From assembly GCA_937916275.1 (NCBI GenBank), contig CALFTD010000318.1:27446-91445 (forward strand): a stretch of 64,000 bases of DNA. Reading direction: 5' to 3'. Origin of the DNA: an uncultured Planctomicrobium sp. (GTDB lineage: Bacteria > Planctomycetota > Planctomycetia > Planctomycetales > Planctomycetaceae). Position 1 is the stretch's first letter. Each line of letters begins with the position of its first letter. The notes below the pieces were generated by a model. It saw only the letters and a list, made by a program, of their open reading frames with translations. It had not been told where the DNA came from and ran no database searches. Both the position numbers and the translations under genes were made by a program. Below, in pieces: positions 48,162 through 58,052 of the stretch.

Positions 48162-48998
48162 TTAATCTCCAAAATGTTCGGGGAAATCTTTTTTGTATCG
48201 CTGTAAGAGTTTGTCGACGTCTGCTGGCACAATGTAAATCTTTCCAAGTACCTTCTTTGTCTCACCCGGTTTGAGACCTCCTAAACGAAAGTCTGAATGC
48301 AGGCAAACTGCGACTCCCTGAAAGAGTTCCTGGTATGGGTCGAATGCAGTGGCGAAGATCATTGATTCATCACCAGAGAAGCAACCAATCAAACCGTTAC
48401 TAGGAACCAAATCACTTAACGGGCGAGGGTTCACATCATTGCGGTTCACACCGGCGGGAGCCCAAACTTGTCCGGGGATGTACCTCGCCTTGGTTGCCCA
48501 TTTACGGGTAGGCATTCGTGTGAGTTCTTCATCAAGGAAGATGAAAGACTTACCGAGATACGTTTCCTGATCTGCACCAGTAAAGTCAGCCAGACGCACA
48601 CATGGCTGCGCCCAAACGGCTTCGGAGCGTTTCTTCGTCGGATTATGAGCAGTTAGCTCGAAGGTCACCGTATCTTCGGTTGATGAAATGACGTGTTCAA
48701 CAATCAGCCCGTCATTTACGACACAACGCAACTTCAACTTCGTCTTATCTTCGTTCACTTCGAGAAGCTTCGTCTCATGCTGCATCCGGGTATGTTTCAC
48801 CCAGTCCGCATCAGTTGAGCCAGCACGGCAATACGCTTCGAGGTAGTGAATGCGAATCTCTTTGCCCGGAATCTGGTCACCAGAAATTGTGAGCCAGTTC
48901 TTCTCCCAACTCAGCTTCAGCGGTTCAGCGCCCGCAGAAATCTGGCAGACATTGAGTATCAATAGAACGACGCTTAGAAGCATTTGGTAATGAGACAT
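48162..48998 (-). CDS. hypothetical secreted protein
   Basis: About 278 aa from ATG 48996-48998 (MSHYQMLLSVVLLILNVCQISAGA signal). No recognisable domain. It lies 26 nt downstream of the histidine kinase gene. Confidence 0.45.
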   Translation of the reverse strand: MSHYQMLLSVVLLILNVCQISAGAEPLKLSWEKNWLTISGDQIPGKEIRIHYLEAYCRAGSTDADWVKHTRMQHETKLLEVNEDKTKLKLRCVVNDGLIVEHVISSTEDTVTFELTAHNPTKKRSEAVWAQPCVRLADFTGADQETYLGKSFIFLDEELTRMPTRKWATKARYIPGQVWAPAGVNRNDVNPRPLSDLVPSNGLIGCFSGDESMIFATAFDPYQELFQGVAVCLHSDFRLGGLKPGETKKVLGKIYIVPADVDKLLQRYKKDFPEHFGD

Positions 48999-49030
48999 GT
49001 ACAAACTCGAATTGAAGGGTTTGATGAAAA

Positions 49031-49951
49031 TTATCCTGGTGGTGGGTCTGTTCGATTTGGAAATTCCATTTCAAAGGTACAGCCAGTTGCTCCTCCTTGT
49101 CGGTCTTTGACTTGAATTCGTCCGCCTGATTTCTTGACAAGTGTGTTCACAATGTACAAGCCGAGCCCTGTCCCCTTACGGCGACGTTCGAGTTCGCTGC
49201 CGCCGCGATAGAAGATAGTAAAGACTTTTTTGCGGTCATCGAGAGAGATACCTGATCCGTTATTCGAGATGTGAATCTGTACTCGACTGCGACCGTGGGG
49301 TCTGACTTTGACCGTAACTTCAGGTTGCTCGCCGCTGTATTTGACGGCGTTGTCAATCAGATTCGAAAAGATGAGATCAACAACGATTTTCTTTGCTCGT
49401 ATTGTGACAGGCTCCACATCGAAAGTGAAAACCTCGTCCAACTTGACCTTCCAATTGAGGCAGGCTGTTTCCGCATATTGCCTAAGCAACGTGGTGACTT
49501 CGATGTCATCAGGTTCGTCGTTATCACCGAGAGCATCGAGTCTCCCGACTTCAAGGAGTTGACTGATGAGGCTGTCGAGTCGTTGTAACTCATTCGCCAT
49601 GATTCCTTGAAACTCTTCCCGCTTCTCATCAGAAAGATCCCGCATTCGCAATGTTTCTAAATAGAGTTGCAGTGCTGCGATCGGTGATTTCAATTCATGG
49701 GTGACACTATCTACAAAGTTCGCCTGCCGATTGTTAAGGCCGATCTCCTTGAGAGTCAGCACCAGCCAAGCTGAAAGACCAGCGAGAATCAGGGTGAATG
49801 CCAGCACGCCAATTGTCAACGCACCCCACAGCGAACGATGAGAGAGCACAATGATCCAACAAACCATCAACGTGACATTGAGCACCATCAGGCTGACACT
49901 CAACGTAATCGGAAGATGGATTTTGCTCCGTTTGCGGAAGTATGTCGCCAT
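49031..49951 (-). CDS. two-TM sensor histidine kinase (HisKA + HATPase_c)
   Basis: 306-aa ORF with H-box SVTHELKSPIAAL and the N and G boxes NLIDNAVKY, NNGSGI and GTGLGLYIV. No response regulator is adjacent. Confidence 0.8.
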   Translation of the reverse strand: MATYFRKRSKIHLPITLSVSLMVLNVTLMVCWIIVLSHRSLWGALTIGVLAFTLILAGLSAWLVLTLKEIGLNNRQANFVDSVTHELKSPIAALQLYLETLRMRDLSDEKREEFQGIMANELQRLDSLISQLLEVGRLDALGDNDEPDDIEVTTLLRQYAETACLNWKVKLDEVFTFDVEPVTIRAKKIVVDLIFSNLIDNAVKYSGEQPEVTVKVRPHGRSRVQIHISNNGSGISLDDRKKVFTIFYRGGSELERRRKGTGLGLYIVNTLVKKSGGRIQVKDRQGGATGCTFEMEFPNRTDPPPG

Positions 49952-50004
49952 GAAAGAGTAGTTCTTGGGGAATTTGAAAAGTCGAATTCAATTTAAGTGA
50001 AATA

Positions 50005-50374
50005 TTACCACGGAGGCACGGAGAGCACTGAGGAGAAAGATAATTCGTGAGTCGCAATTTACTGAGGGGCATCAACTTTCTGAAAGAGGTTAAAATTTTG
50101 AAGATGTTGTTTAACCACGAAACACACAAATGACACGAAAAATTAGTGATTGAACTGCTGACCGTGTCTGTTTCAATAGGAAGACTCAAATAACATTGGA
50201 GTGGTCAATTTTACGATTCATCTTACAAATCCAGAATTTTCATCCAGTAGATCATGTTCATCCTGTTTCTTTTCTTTCGTATAGTTCGTGCTTTTCGTGG
50301 TTAAAGATTGTTGAGCCTCATAAGTCCGTGAATGGCATCAACTTTCTTTCCTCCGTGTCCTCTGTGCCTCCGTG
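50005..50374. repeat. composite intergenic repeat region B: nested inverted arrays of 9-bp-periodic words
   Basis: Outer pair: B1 50005-50039 ttaccacggaggcacggagagcactgaggagaaag and B1' 50346-50374 (rc cacggaggcacagaggacacggaggaaag). Inner pair: B2 50111-50142 ttaaccacgaaacacacaaatgacacgaaaaa and B2' 50271-50304 (rc ttaaccacgaaaagcacgaactatacgaaagaaa). Confidence 0.85.
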
Positions 50375-50398
50375 TTTCATTCTCATTGCTTTATCGAA

Positions 50399-51727
50399 TC
50401 ACTCAGCTCGTGGTGGCAAAAGTGGTCCGTTTGCTGGTGGTTCTGGGCTGGGGAACGCAGGAGTTGGCAAGTCCTTGTTTAAGTCTTCAGGCTGCGCAGG
50501 TATCAAACTGGGAGTTTTCTCGAAAACTCTCCTCGCGCGCTCTTCGCCTACAATTTCTCCTCGGTCTCCTGCCTCTGGAGCGGGAGGAACGAAGCCGGGT
50601 TGCAATTTCTTACCTGGTTCAAAAACACGTGGTGAAACAACAGGTGTGGGGACAGGTTCGTTACCCGCTGTCGAGGACTCATCAACGAGTGGTCGCAGGA
50701 ATGCGACGAGATGTCGCTCGACGCCGTTCAATTGAACGGCTGTCTCTAACAACCCTTTCGCACGCACATCCCCGTCGAGCATCATGACGGCTGCTAGTAG
50801 GAACAGTCGGTTAGGATCTCGAACGTCTCGATTTGTCCATTCTGCGATCCGAGTTTTGATGCGATTCTTTTCGTCACGCTTCATCCAGTCATTTGGATCA
50901 TGGAGACCGTAGAGTTGGTCGAGTGTGACGCCCTGTGATGGCCAATCCATGTCGAGTTCAGTAGCGATTTTTAATTGATCGACTGCTTCATCAAAACGAC
51001 TGCGGGCAGCGAGCGATAACGCATATCGATAGCGAGGGTCTGCTTGATCTGGAGCGAGATTCATCGCATCCCGATAGTGTTCGCCCGCTCGGCGATAATC
51101 GGTTTTGGCGAAAGCTTCATCCCCTAAGACACGCTCCCGGAGAGAACGCTCTCGCTGGGCTGGTGTTGATTGGTCGACGATTGGTGTCGGCTCGATCTGA
51201 TTATTGAACTGTTGTGGATTTTGAGCTTGAAACGGATTCGGTTGGAACCCTCGACCGATCATTGTTTGACCATTCGCACCATTTTGATATGGGACATGGT
51301 TAATGGTCGGCACTCCGGGGATGTCGCCAAACAACCCATAGGTGCCGTATTGAGGATAAACTGGTCCCGGGTAAACCAGATTTGGTGTCGCGAAGTAGGG
51401 TCTGTTCAATCCGTAAATCGGAGAATACTCGGGGTATGCGTATGGTGAATAAAAATTTAAGCCCGGGGTGTAGATATTCACCGAGGAACGACCGGAGTAA
51501 ATTCTGGAGCCATTGACTCCAGAATGAAACGAAGATCCGCCACCATTCCAGGGTCGACCGTATCGCAATTGATATTGGTAGTGTGACTGCGTTGGACCGT
51601 AGGGACGTCCGGTTGCTCCGTAAACAAGCGGATAAGATTTCCGAGATTTGCGGGGAGGGTCAGCGGATGTGATGTTCGCCATTCCGAGGATGAGCAAAAG
51701 ACTCAAAAGGCTGGTGAAATAATTCAT
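50399..51727 (-). CDS. hypothetical secreted protein: Y/G/P/N-rich region + TPR-like helical repeats + proline-rich tail
   Basis: The ORF is open to 51835. The ATG at 51725-51727 gives the signal peptide MNYFTSLLSLLLILGMANITSA. It has TPR-like AEHYRDAMNLAPD..YALSLAA. Confidence 0.5.
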   Translation of the reverse strand: MNYFTSLLSLLLILGMANITSADPPRKSRKSYPLVYGATGRPYGPTQSHYQYQLRYGRPWNGGGSSFHSGVNGSRIYSGRSSVNIYTPGLNFYSPYAYPEYSPIYGLNRPYFATPNLVYPGPVYPQYGTYGLFGDIPGVPTINHVPYQNGANGQTMIGRGFQPNPFQAQNPQQFNNQIEPTPIVDQSTPAQRERSLRERVLGDEAFAKTDYRRAGEHYRDAMNLAPDQADPRYRYALSLAARSRFDEAVDQLKIATELDMDWPSQGVTLDQLYGLHDPNDWMKRDEKNRIKTRIAEWTNRDVRDPNRLFLLAAVMMLDGDVRAKGLLETAVQLNGVERHLVAFLRPLVDESSTAGNEPVPTPVVSPRVFEPGKKLQPGFVPPAPEAGDRGEIVGEERARRVFEKTPSLIPAQPEDLNKDLPTPAFPSPEPPANGPLLPPRAE

Positions 51728-51968
51728 AGAGCATTCCCAATGCTTCTGTTGTCCTCGAAGTACGTTTTCGCACTTTGGATCGTTGATCTCACGCGACATT
51801 TCGGCGGAGTCGAATTTTGAATTTGCTATCGTCATCAGATGTTCCTATTTTGCCCGTGCAGATGAATTATACCCGCAAAATTCACTGAGATGGTAGGATT
51901 CTCTTGCGAAAAAAGTGTGTCATCCAAAAACAGTTCCTTGCATGCAACCCATATTTTACCGAAACCGT

Positions 51969-53207
51969 ATGATTCAACGTCTGCTTGGTTGTTTCACCTT
52001 GCTTTTGCTGGTGGTGACACACGCTCTGTGGGGATCGCCTCCGACGGTCGATAATCCTCAGATTCCGTGGTTTGCTTGGGGAATCGATGCTCCTTTTGGA
52101 GTTGATATCTGTTCGGTGTTTTTGCTTTCGACTGCTTCGCTTGGGCTTTGTTTGTTCAGTATGAGAAACCGAACAACACGAGCATTTTTCCTGATCTATA
52201 CAATTAGTTTCAGTATTTTGATTTTGCTTGATCAACACCGTTTGCAACCGTGGGTTCTGCAATTCCTTCTGATGACGATCGTGCTGGGGCTTTCAAAGCA
52301 TCACCTCGGAATGAAGTGTTGCCGCTGGATCGTCTTGACGATCTACTTCTACTCGGCGCTTTCCAAACTCGACACATCGTTCTATGAAAGTCACGGACAA
52401 CTGCTGCTCGATGGACTATTGAAGGCGGTTCATATCGATGGTTCTTTCTGGTCTGACAATTTTCGGAACCTGTTGGCAATGTTGTTCCCGCTTGGGGAAC
52501 TGCTTATTGTATCTTTGCTTTTGTTCAGGCGAACGTGTCGCTGCGGAGTCGTATTTTCTTGGGTCATGCACAGTGCGATTATTTTGGCAGTTGGACCGCT
52601 CGGTTTGAATCATGAATTTGGAGTTCTACTTTGGAACGTATACTTTATTCTGCAAAACTATATTCTCTTCTGGGCGCATCAAGATAAGCGCGAAGAAGAG
52701 GCAACCCTTCCACCCAGCAGGATTCAAATTGGCAATCGACTTGCCGTGTCGCTGACGATCTTGTTTGCAGTGTTGCCAGTATTGGAGAACTGGGGTTGGT
52801 ACGATCACTGGCCAGCTTGGGCAGTCTATTCCTCGCGATCGGAGAGTGTGGTTATTCTTGTCGATCAAGAAGCAGCTGAGGAGTTCCCCAACTTTCTGAA
52901 GGAGCTTTGTGGTCGACCAATTTTGTTTGAAGAGAAGGTTCCGGTATCGCTCGACCGCTGGTCGTTCGAGAAGAGAAACTGTCCGATCTACCCGCAGATG
53001 CGCTATCGTCTGGCATTAGCAAAGGCATTGATTCAGGAATGGACATCAGAAGACGAAATCGAATTCAAAATTGAATCGACACCACAGCGATGGACTGGAG
53101 AGAGAGAAACAATCACTCTGGTAGGGTGGAGTGAATTAGAGCGTTATCTCTCTGCTACTTTTTACTTGAATACAAAAGCACGAAGAGTTTCAGCTGACGA
53201 AAGATAA
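51969..53207 (+). CDS. hypothetical polytopic membrane protein (possibly HTTM/DoxX-like N-terminal half)
   Basis: About 412 aa from ATG 51969 (MIQRLLGCFTLLLLVV), with 7-8 hydrophobic segments followed by a soluble C-terminal region. Confidence 0.5.
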   Translation: MIQRLLGCFTLLLLVVTHALWGSPPTVDNPQIPWFAWGIDAPFGVDICSVFLLSTASLGLCLFSMRNRTTRAFFLIYTISFSILILLDQHRLQPWVLQFLLMTIVLGLSKHHLGMKCCRWIVLTIYFYSALSKLDTSFYESHGQLLLDGLLKAVHIDGSFWSDNFRNLLAMLFPLGELLIVSLLLFRRTCRCGVVFSWVMHSAIILAVGPLGLNHEFGVLLWNVYFILQNYILFWAHQDKREEEATLPPSRIQIGNRLAVSLTILFAVLPVLENWGWYDHWPAWAVYSSRSESVVILVDQEAAEEFPNFLKELCGRPILFEEKVPVSLDRWSFEKRNCPIYPQMRYRLALAKALIQEWTSEDEIEFKIESTPQRWTGERETITLVGWSELERYLSATFYLNTKARRVSADER

Positions 53208-53741
53208 ACAGCAGCTGAACGGTATTGCAGTCCACGTTCCTGATTTGATTCAAACGAACGAAGATCTCAATAATCGAGTGTGACAATTTTTGGTGCTGGA
53301 TTGCTGTCATTTCCACTTGGGCAAGCATGACAACCACCGCAAGAGTTTTCTTCTTTTGCGGTTACGAAACTCCACAACCTTCTCCAAACCCGCCAAGCTG
53401 CGAAGAGGATAATCAGTATTGTGATGCTCGTTTGCCAATCCATATCGGGTTTTGGTCCTAAATGCTTTCGTATGGATAAACTTTACGCGGCTGAAATTAG
53501 AAGTCAACGGTCTTCAGGGTGTTACATTGTGTCAAGGTGTGTGGTAAATACAGTCGTCCGAGCATAAAGTTGTTTTGCCAAATGCGAGCACGAGTCTTAA
53601 TGCTCACTTGCTTGTGCTGCGTGCTGGTACTCTTATTCAGGGAAGTTATTCAGTAACACTGCTGAGTGACAACTTGATGATTTTTTTACAATTCGACTCT
53701 GTCCATTTCACCGGCAAGAGTCTTTTCTGTCGGAGTTTAAT

Positions 53742-55199
53742 ATGCAATTACTGCCATTGAAATTACTACCTTTGAGATGTTCAATGTTTTTTGCATTGAT
53801 TTTGACTTGTGGATATCTTCTAGACTCGTCTGCTGTTGTCTTAGCGGAGTCGCCGAACATTGTGATCGTGTTCACGGATGATCAAGGCTATGGAGATGTC
53901 GGCTGCTTTGGGGCACAGGGTTTTGAGACTCCGAACCTGGATCGAATGGCAGCGGAAGGTCGAAAGTTTACGAACTTCTATGTTTCTCAAGCTGTTTGTG
54001 GTGCATCTCGTGCGTCCTTATTAACGGGATGCTATTCGAATCGGATTGGAATGCTTGGCGCTCCGAGTCATCGTTCAACACACGGCATCAATTCGAATGA
54101 AGTTTTAATTTCAGAACTTTGCAAGCAGAAAGGTTATGCGACCGCTGCCTATGGGAAGTGGCATTTAGGGCATCATGAACAGTTTCTGCCGATGCAAAAT
54201 GGATTCGATGATTACTTCGGCTTGCCTTACTCGAACGACATGTGGCCATTCCATCCGACGAGTAAAGCCTTTCCCGATTTACCGCTGTTCGATGGGAACA
54301 AAATCGTCAACCCTAAAGTGACTCCAGAAGATCAGGTTCATCTGACCACCTGGTACACTGAGCACGCTGTCGATTTTATCGACAAACATCATGCTGAACC
54401 ATTCTTCTTATACGTGGCTCACTCGATGCCACACGTTCCATTGTTTGCTTCGGAGAAATACAAAGGCAAAAGCGATCAGGGTTTATACGGCGATGTGATT
54501 ATGGAAATCGACTGGTGCGTAGGTGAAATCCTCAAGCGACTCAAGAAGCACAACATTGATGACAACACACTCGTTATTTTTACTTCCGATAATGGTCCCT
54601 GGCTGAGTTACGGAAATCATGCAGGCTCAGCAGGTCCACTCCGAGAAGGAAAAGGAACTGCCTGGGAAGGTGGTGTTCGCGAGCCATGTATCATGCGCTG
54701 GCCGGGACAAATTCCTGCTGGAACAACCTGTAATGAACTCGCAGCGACCATTGATCTCTTCCCTACAATTGCAGGTTTGATTGATGCCGAGTTGCCAACG
54801 CATCAGATTGATGGTCTCGACATTTGGCCTCTGATTAGCGGTGAGGACGAGGCGAAAACTCCACATGAATACTATTGCTACTACTGGGGAAATGAGTTGC
54901 AGTGCATTCGTTCAGGCGATTGGAAGCTCCACTTTCCACACAGTTATCGCAGCCTGACAGGAGAACCAGGCAAAGATGGTCTTCCCAATGGATACACGCA
55001 AGCGAAAACAGGACTCGCTCTTTATAACTTGAAAAGTGATATTGGTGAGGAAAACGATGTCAAAAGCGAACACCCTGAAGTCGTTGCGAAACTGAAGAAA
55101 TACGCCGAAGAAGCTCGTCAAGAACTCGGAGATTCTCGTCTTAAAATCAAAGGCAGCGGCTACAGAGAACCAGGCAGACTACAGGCTGTCAGTCTATAA
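53742..55199 (+). CDS. arylsulfatase-family protein (formylglycine type)
   Basis: 485-aa ORF with a signal peptide, [15 protein letters not shown], and the active-site CxAxR context [15 protein letters not shown]. Confidence 0.85.
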   Translation: MQLLPLKLLPLRCSMFFALILTCGYLLDSSAVVLAESPNIVIVFTDDQGYGDVGCFGAQGFETPNLDRMAAEGRKFTNFYVSQAVCGASRASLLTGCYSNRIGMLGAPSHRSTHGINSNEVLISELCKQKGYATAAYGKWHLGHHEQFLPMQNGFDDYFGLPYSNDMWPFHPTSKAFPDLPLFDGNKIVNPKVTPEDQVHLTTWYTEHAVDFIDKHHAEPFFLYVAHSMPHVPLFASEKYKGKSDQGLYGDVIMEIDWCVGEILKRLKKHNIDDNTLVIFTSDNGPWLSYGNHAGSAGPLREGKGTAWEGGVREPCIMRWPGQIPAGTTCNELAATIDLFPTIAGLIDAELPTHQIDGLDIWPLISGEDEAKTPHEYYCYYWGNELQCIRSGDWKLHFPHSYRSLTGEPGKDGLPNGYTQAKTGLALYNLKSDIGEENDVKSEHPEVVAKLKKYAEEARQELGDSRLKIKGSGYREPGRLQAVSL

Positions 55200-55501
55200 A
55201 TCGTAAACATTTGTACTGAGATCGTGTTTAGACGAGAACAAAACTCGAAAGTCAAATGTTTTTCTGAATTCAGCCATAATGTTTTTAGTCTGATTAATAA
55301 TTGGCTAGAATGATCCAGAAAAGTCATTTATTCAGAGTGACTCTCTGTTTCGCAATAGTCGATATTGAGCGTCCCTTGTGGAGTGAATCCTGTTGAAATT
55401 TGCAGGTGTTGCCTAATCACAATAGCCGGTTCTATTTGGCGTAGTAGGTTTCGAAAAGTCTATTCACCTATCTAACTCCCATCTCTCAACTGGTTATCCC
55501 G

Positions 55502-56644
55502 ATGCGTGTGCAGGCACTTAGCCCCACAAACAACCCGGTCTCTACGACTCCCTCTTCAGGTTGGAGTTTGTTGGGGTGTTTACCACCTCAAAAAACGTTG
55601 TGTGAGTTGGAACTAAAGAACGCCAGCAACCTAATCGGTCGAGGCGATGGGATGGACCTCAAAATCGGTTCTCCGCGCGTTTCTGGACGCCATGCTGAAT
55701 TGATCTTTATTGGAGACACGCTTTTCTTACGTGATTTAGGCAGCACGAACGGAACATTTATCAATCGAGAAAGAGTTATTCAGCCGGTCGCTGTGCAAGA
55801 CGGTGACCATATTGAATTGGCAGACGTTGAGTTTCTTGTTCGCTACCAGCAGCCTCAGCAAAATATCAATATTGATCGACTTGCCGAATTAAAAAAGACC
55901 GTTCAAGATGCGAGTGCGATTAAAGAAGACTGGATGCTCAGCCAGTTTAATGAATTCCTTCTAAACAGAAGAGTAACACCTCATTATCAGATCATCGTCG
56001 ATCTACAAACTTCTCAGATCAGCGGATACGAGAGTCTGGCAAGAAGCGACGTCCCCGGACTCGAACATCCCGGGAAAATGTTCCATGCGGCTGAGTTGGT
56101 CAACCGTGAAATCGCTCTCAGTATCATCTGTCGTGAGCGTGCTATTGAAGTTGCTGCCGATTTGAATTTGCAAAAACCAATCTTCATGAATACGCACCCT
56201 CATGAAAATTTTGACCTAGATGTCTTGCCTTCAATTGTCAGCCTCAGGCATCTCTGTCCAGAAGTTGCAATCGTCATTGAATTTCACGAGAAGACGATTG
56301 AAAGCGCCGCTTCCATGCTCAAGCATAAAGCGATACTGGACGAAGTTGATGTCAAAATCGCCTATGACGATTTTGGTGCAGGACAATCACGATTGCTAGA
56401 ATTAATCAAAGCACCGCCGCATTATCTAAAGTTTGATCGCTGCCTGATTCAAGATATCAATCAAGCGAGTTCGCAGCAGTTGAAGATGATTAAATCACTG
56501 GTCGACGCTGCTCAAGATGCAGGGATTACGACTCTCGCAGAGGGTATCGAAACTCAAGAAGAGGCAGCGGTCTGTTGTGATATGGGTTTCCAACTCGGAC
56601 AAGGATATTTCTACGGTTACCCTGAAGCGAATCCGATTTCTTAG
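55502..56644 (+). CDS. FHA + EAL domain protein (putative c-di-GMP phosphodiesterase)
   Basis: 380-aa ORF. FHA (LIGRGDG..VSGRHAEL..LRDLGSTNGTFINR). EAL-domain residues are GYESLAR, FMNTHP, VIEFHE, YDDFGAGQS, LKFD, AEGIET and GQGYFYG. Confidence 0.8.
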   Translation: MRVQALSPTNNPVSTTPSSGWSLLGCLPPQKTLCELELKNASNLIGRGDGMDLKIGSPRVSGRHAELIFIGDTLFLRDLGSTNGTFINRERVIQPVAVQDGDHIELADVEFLVRYQQPQQNINIDRLAELKKTVQDASAIKEDWMLSQFNEFLLNRRVTPHYQIIVDLQTSQISGYESLARSDVPGLEHPGKMFHAAELVNREIALSIICRERAIEVAADLNLQKPIFMNTHPHENFDLDVLPSIVSLRHLCPEVAIVIEFHEKTIESAASMLKHKAILDEVDVKIAYDDFGAGQSRLLELIKAPPHYLKFDRCLIQDINQASSQQLKMIKSLVDAAQDAGITTLAEGIETQEEAAVCCDMGFQLGQGYFYGYPEANPIS

Positions 56645-56698
56645 AGCATTCCCAATGCACTATGAATTGTGGTTACTCTTCCTTCATTGCATAAAACA

Positions 56699-57051
56699 GC
56701 CACAGAGTTCACCGAGGACTCAGAGAAGAAAAATTGATGTCGTTCTGAACTGAACTCATGGAAATGGTCACAATCTTGACTGATTTTTTAGAACGCAGAT
56801 ACTCGCGGATGATGCGGATTTCCACAGATAAAAAGGAAGTGTCATTCGGCTTCTCCCAATCTGTGACAATCCGTTTCATCCGTGACGATCTGTGTTCTCC
56901 TTATTGATATTGATCTCCTCTGTGGATATTGAGTGACTTTCAGTCAACACTCGATCCTAGACAACTTCAGACGGCTGATGTTTTACGATAAAGCGTTGCT
57001 TTCAGCGCACAGTTTTTCTCTTTTCTCCGTGTCTCAGCGCCTTCGCGGTAA
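56699..57051. repeat. composite intergenic repeat region D: nested inverted arrays of 9-bp-periodic words
   Basis: Outer pair: D1 56699-56733 gccacagagttcaccgaggactcagagaagaaaaa and D1' 57013-57051 (rc ttaccgcgaaggcgctgagacacggagaaaagagaaaaa). Inner pair: D2 56793-56834 acgcagatactcgcggatgatgcggatttccacagataaaa and D2' 56859-56894 (rc cacagatcgtcacggatgaaacggattgtcacagat). Confidence 0.8.
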
Positions 57052-57098
57052 TTTTATTTATCTTAGCCGCAAAATCACCAGAAGAATCTGCCATGACT

Positions 57099-57854
57099 TC
57101 AGATATTTGAACTGATACAGGTTCTTCTCAACTCAAATATTTGAAATCCTTCAGAAGACGGGATTTCAATTTCGTTTAATTCTTTGTTGAGAATACGGAC
57201 TTGATAGGTTCGGCTGAGCGCCAATCGGTAAAAATCGGGAGAGAGATATCTACCGGGGTCGCCGAACCAGCAGACTCCTTCCGGTTTCAACATTTTATCA
57301 CAAAGATCAAGAATCACTGTGTGCATGGGGGCATCGTAGGTGACTTCACAACCGATGATCGCATCGTACTGCTCATCGATTGGCTGCCTCCAATCCAACT
57401 GTAAAACACTTGGATCTGGAAGACCATTTTTAATGGAACTCATTCGACAGACGTGCAAAGCTGTTGGATCGTAGTCGCTGAATGTGACTTCATCACCACG
57501 CTTTAATGCCGCTAAGCCGACTAGCCCTAAACCCGAACCTAATTCAAGGACGGAACTTCCTGATTCCCATGGTGCTTGATCCATGAGACTCGCCATCTGA
57601 ATCGCTGATGGCCACAAGAAGGTCCAGAATGGCATGTAATCATTCTTTTCATTTGCAGCCATGACATCGTTGTCATCCAGAAACAAGTCGGGATCAGCCG
57701 GACAATAAATGGAGAGAGACTTCTTCCCAAATTCATACTCCACTGTTTTCCATCCACCAGGAATCGCTGGTAGTTCAGTGAGATCATCCGCCAATACGGG
57801 AAAGGCAGAAGCCTGGGATTGGAATTCGTTTTCGGGTGTTTGCTTCGCTGCCAT
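57099..57854 (-). CDS. class I SAM-dependent methyltransferase (Methyltransf_16 / protein-lysine MTase-like)
   Basis: 251-aa ORF with SAM motif I VLELGSGLGLVGLAAL and post-I DEVTFSDYD. Confidence 0.7.
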   Translation of the reverse strand: MAAKQTPENEFQSQASAFPVLADDLTELPAIPGGWKTVEYEFGKKSLSIYCPADPDLFLDDNDVMAANEKNDYMPFWTFLWPSAIQMASLMDQAPWESGSSVLELGSGLGLVGLAALKRGDEVTFSDYDPTALHVCRMSSIKNGLPDPSVLQLDWRQPIDEQYDAIIGCEVTYDAPMHTVILDLCDKMLKPEGVCWFGDPGRYLSPDFYRLALSRTYQVRILNKELNEIEIPSSEGFQIFELRRTCISSNI

Positions 57855-58052
57855 GGTGATTTGTAAAAACTCTTTTCTTGAAAAATGAGATTACGAATAG
57901 AGTTCTGATTGAATTGAGTAACGGGATGAGAATTCCGAAAGAGAATCATACCGAATCTTGACGACACCTAAACTTCTGTAGAACAATTCTGTTATAAAAC
58001 CGTACATATGATTGGTCCAGAAGGACAATGACCATGGAAGAATTTTAAGAAA

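Noticed and set aside
50005-50374. Possibility that the periodic arrays are CRISPR arrays
   Set aside because: The repeat unit is only 9 bp with no 25-40-bp spacers. The arrays are 3-4 units long and paired in inverted orientation, and no cas genes are present.
53327-53461. 44-codon ORF (MTTTARVFFFCGYETPQPSPNPPSCEEDNQYCDARLPIHIGFWS) in the 534-bp spacer before the sulfatase gene
   Set aside because: There is no convincing ribosome-binding context and no recognisable family. The length is within chance expectation, so it cannot be supported from sequence alone.
56921-56928. DnaA-box-like words: tgtggata here, tccacaga at 56821-56828, and gatccaca at about 63154-63161
   Set aside because: These are isolated, imperfect and embedded in the word-array repeats. 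There is no cluster, AT-rich unwinding element or dnaA/dnaN context, so this is not an origin.
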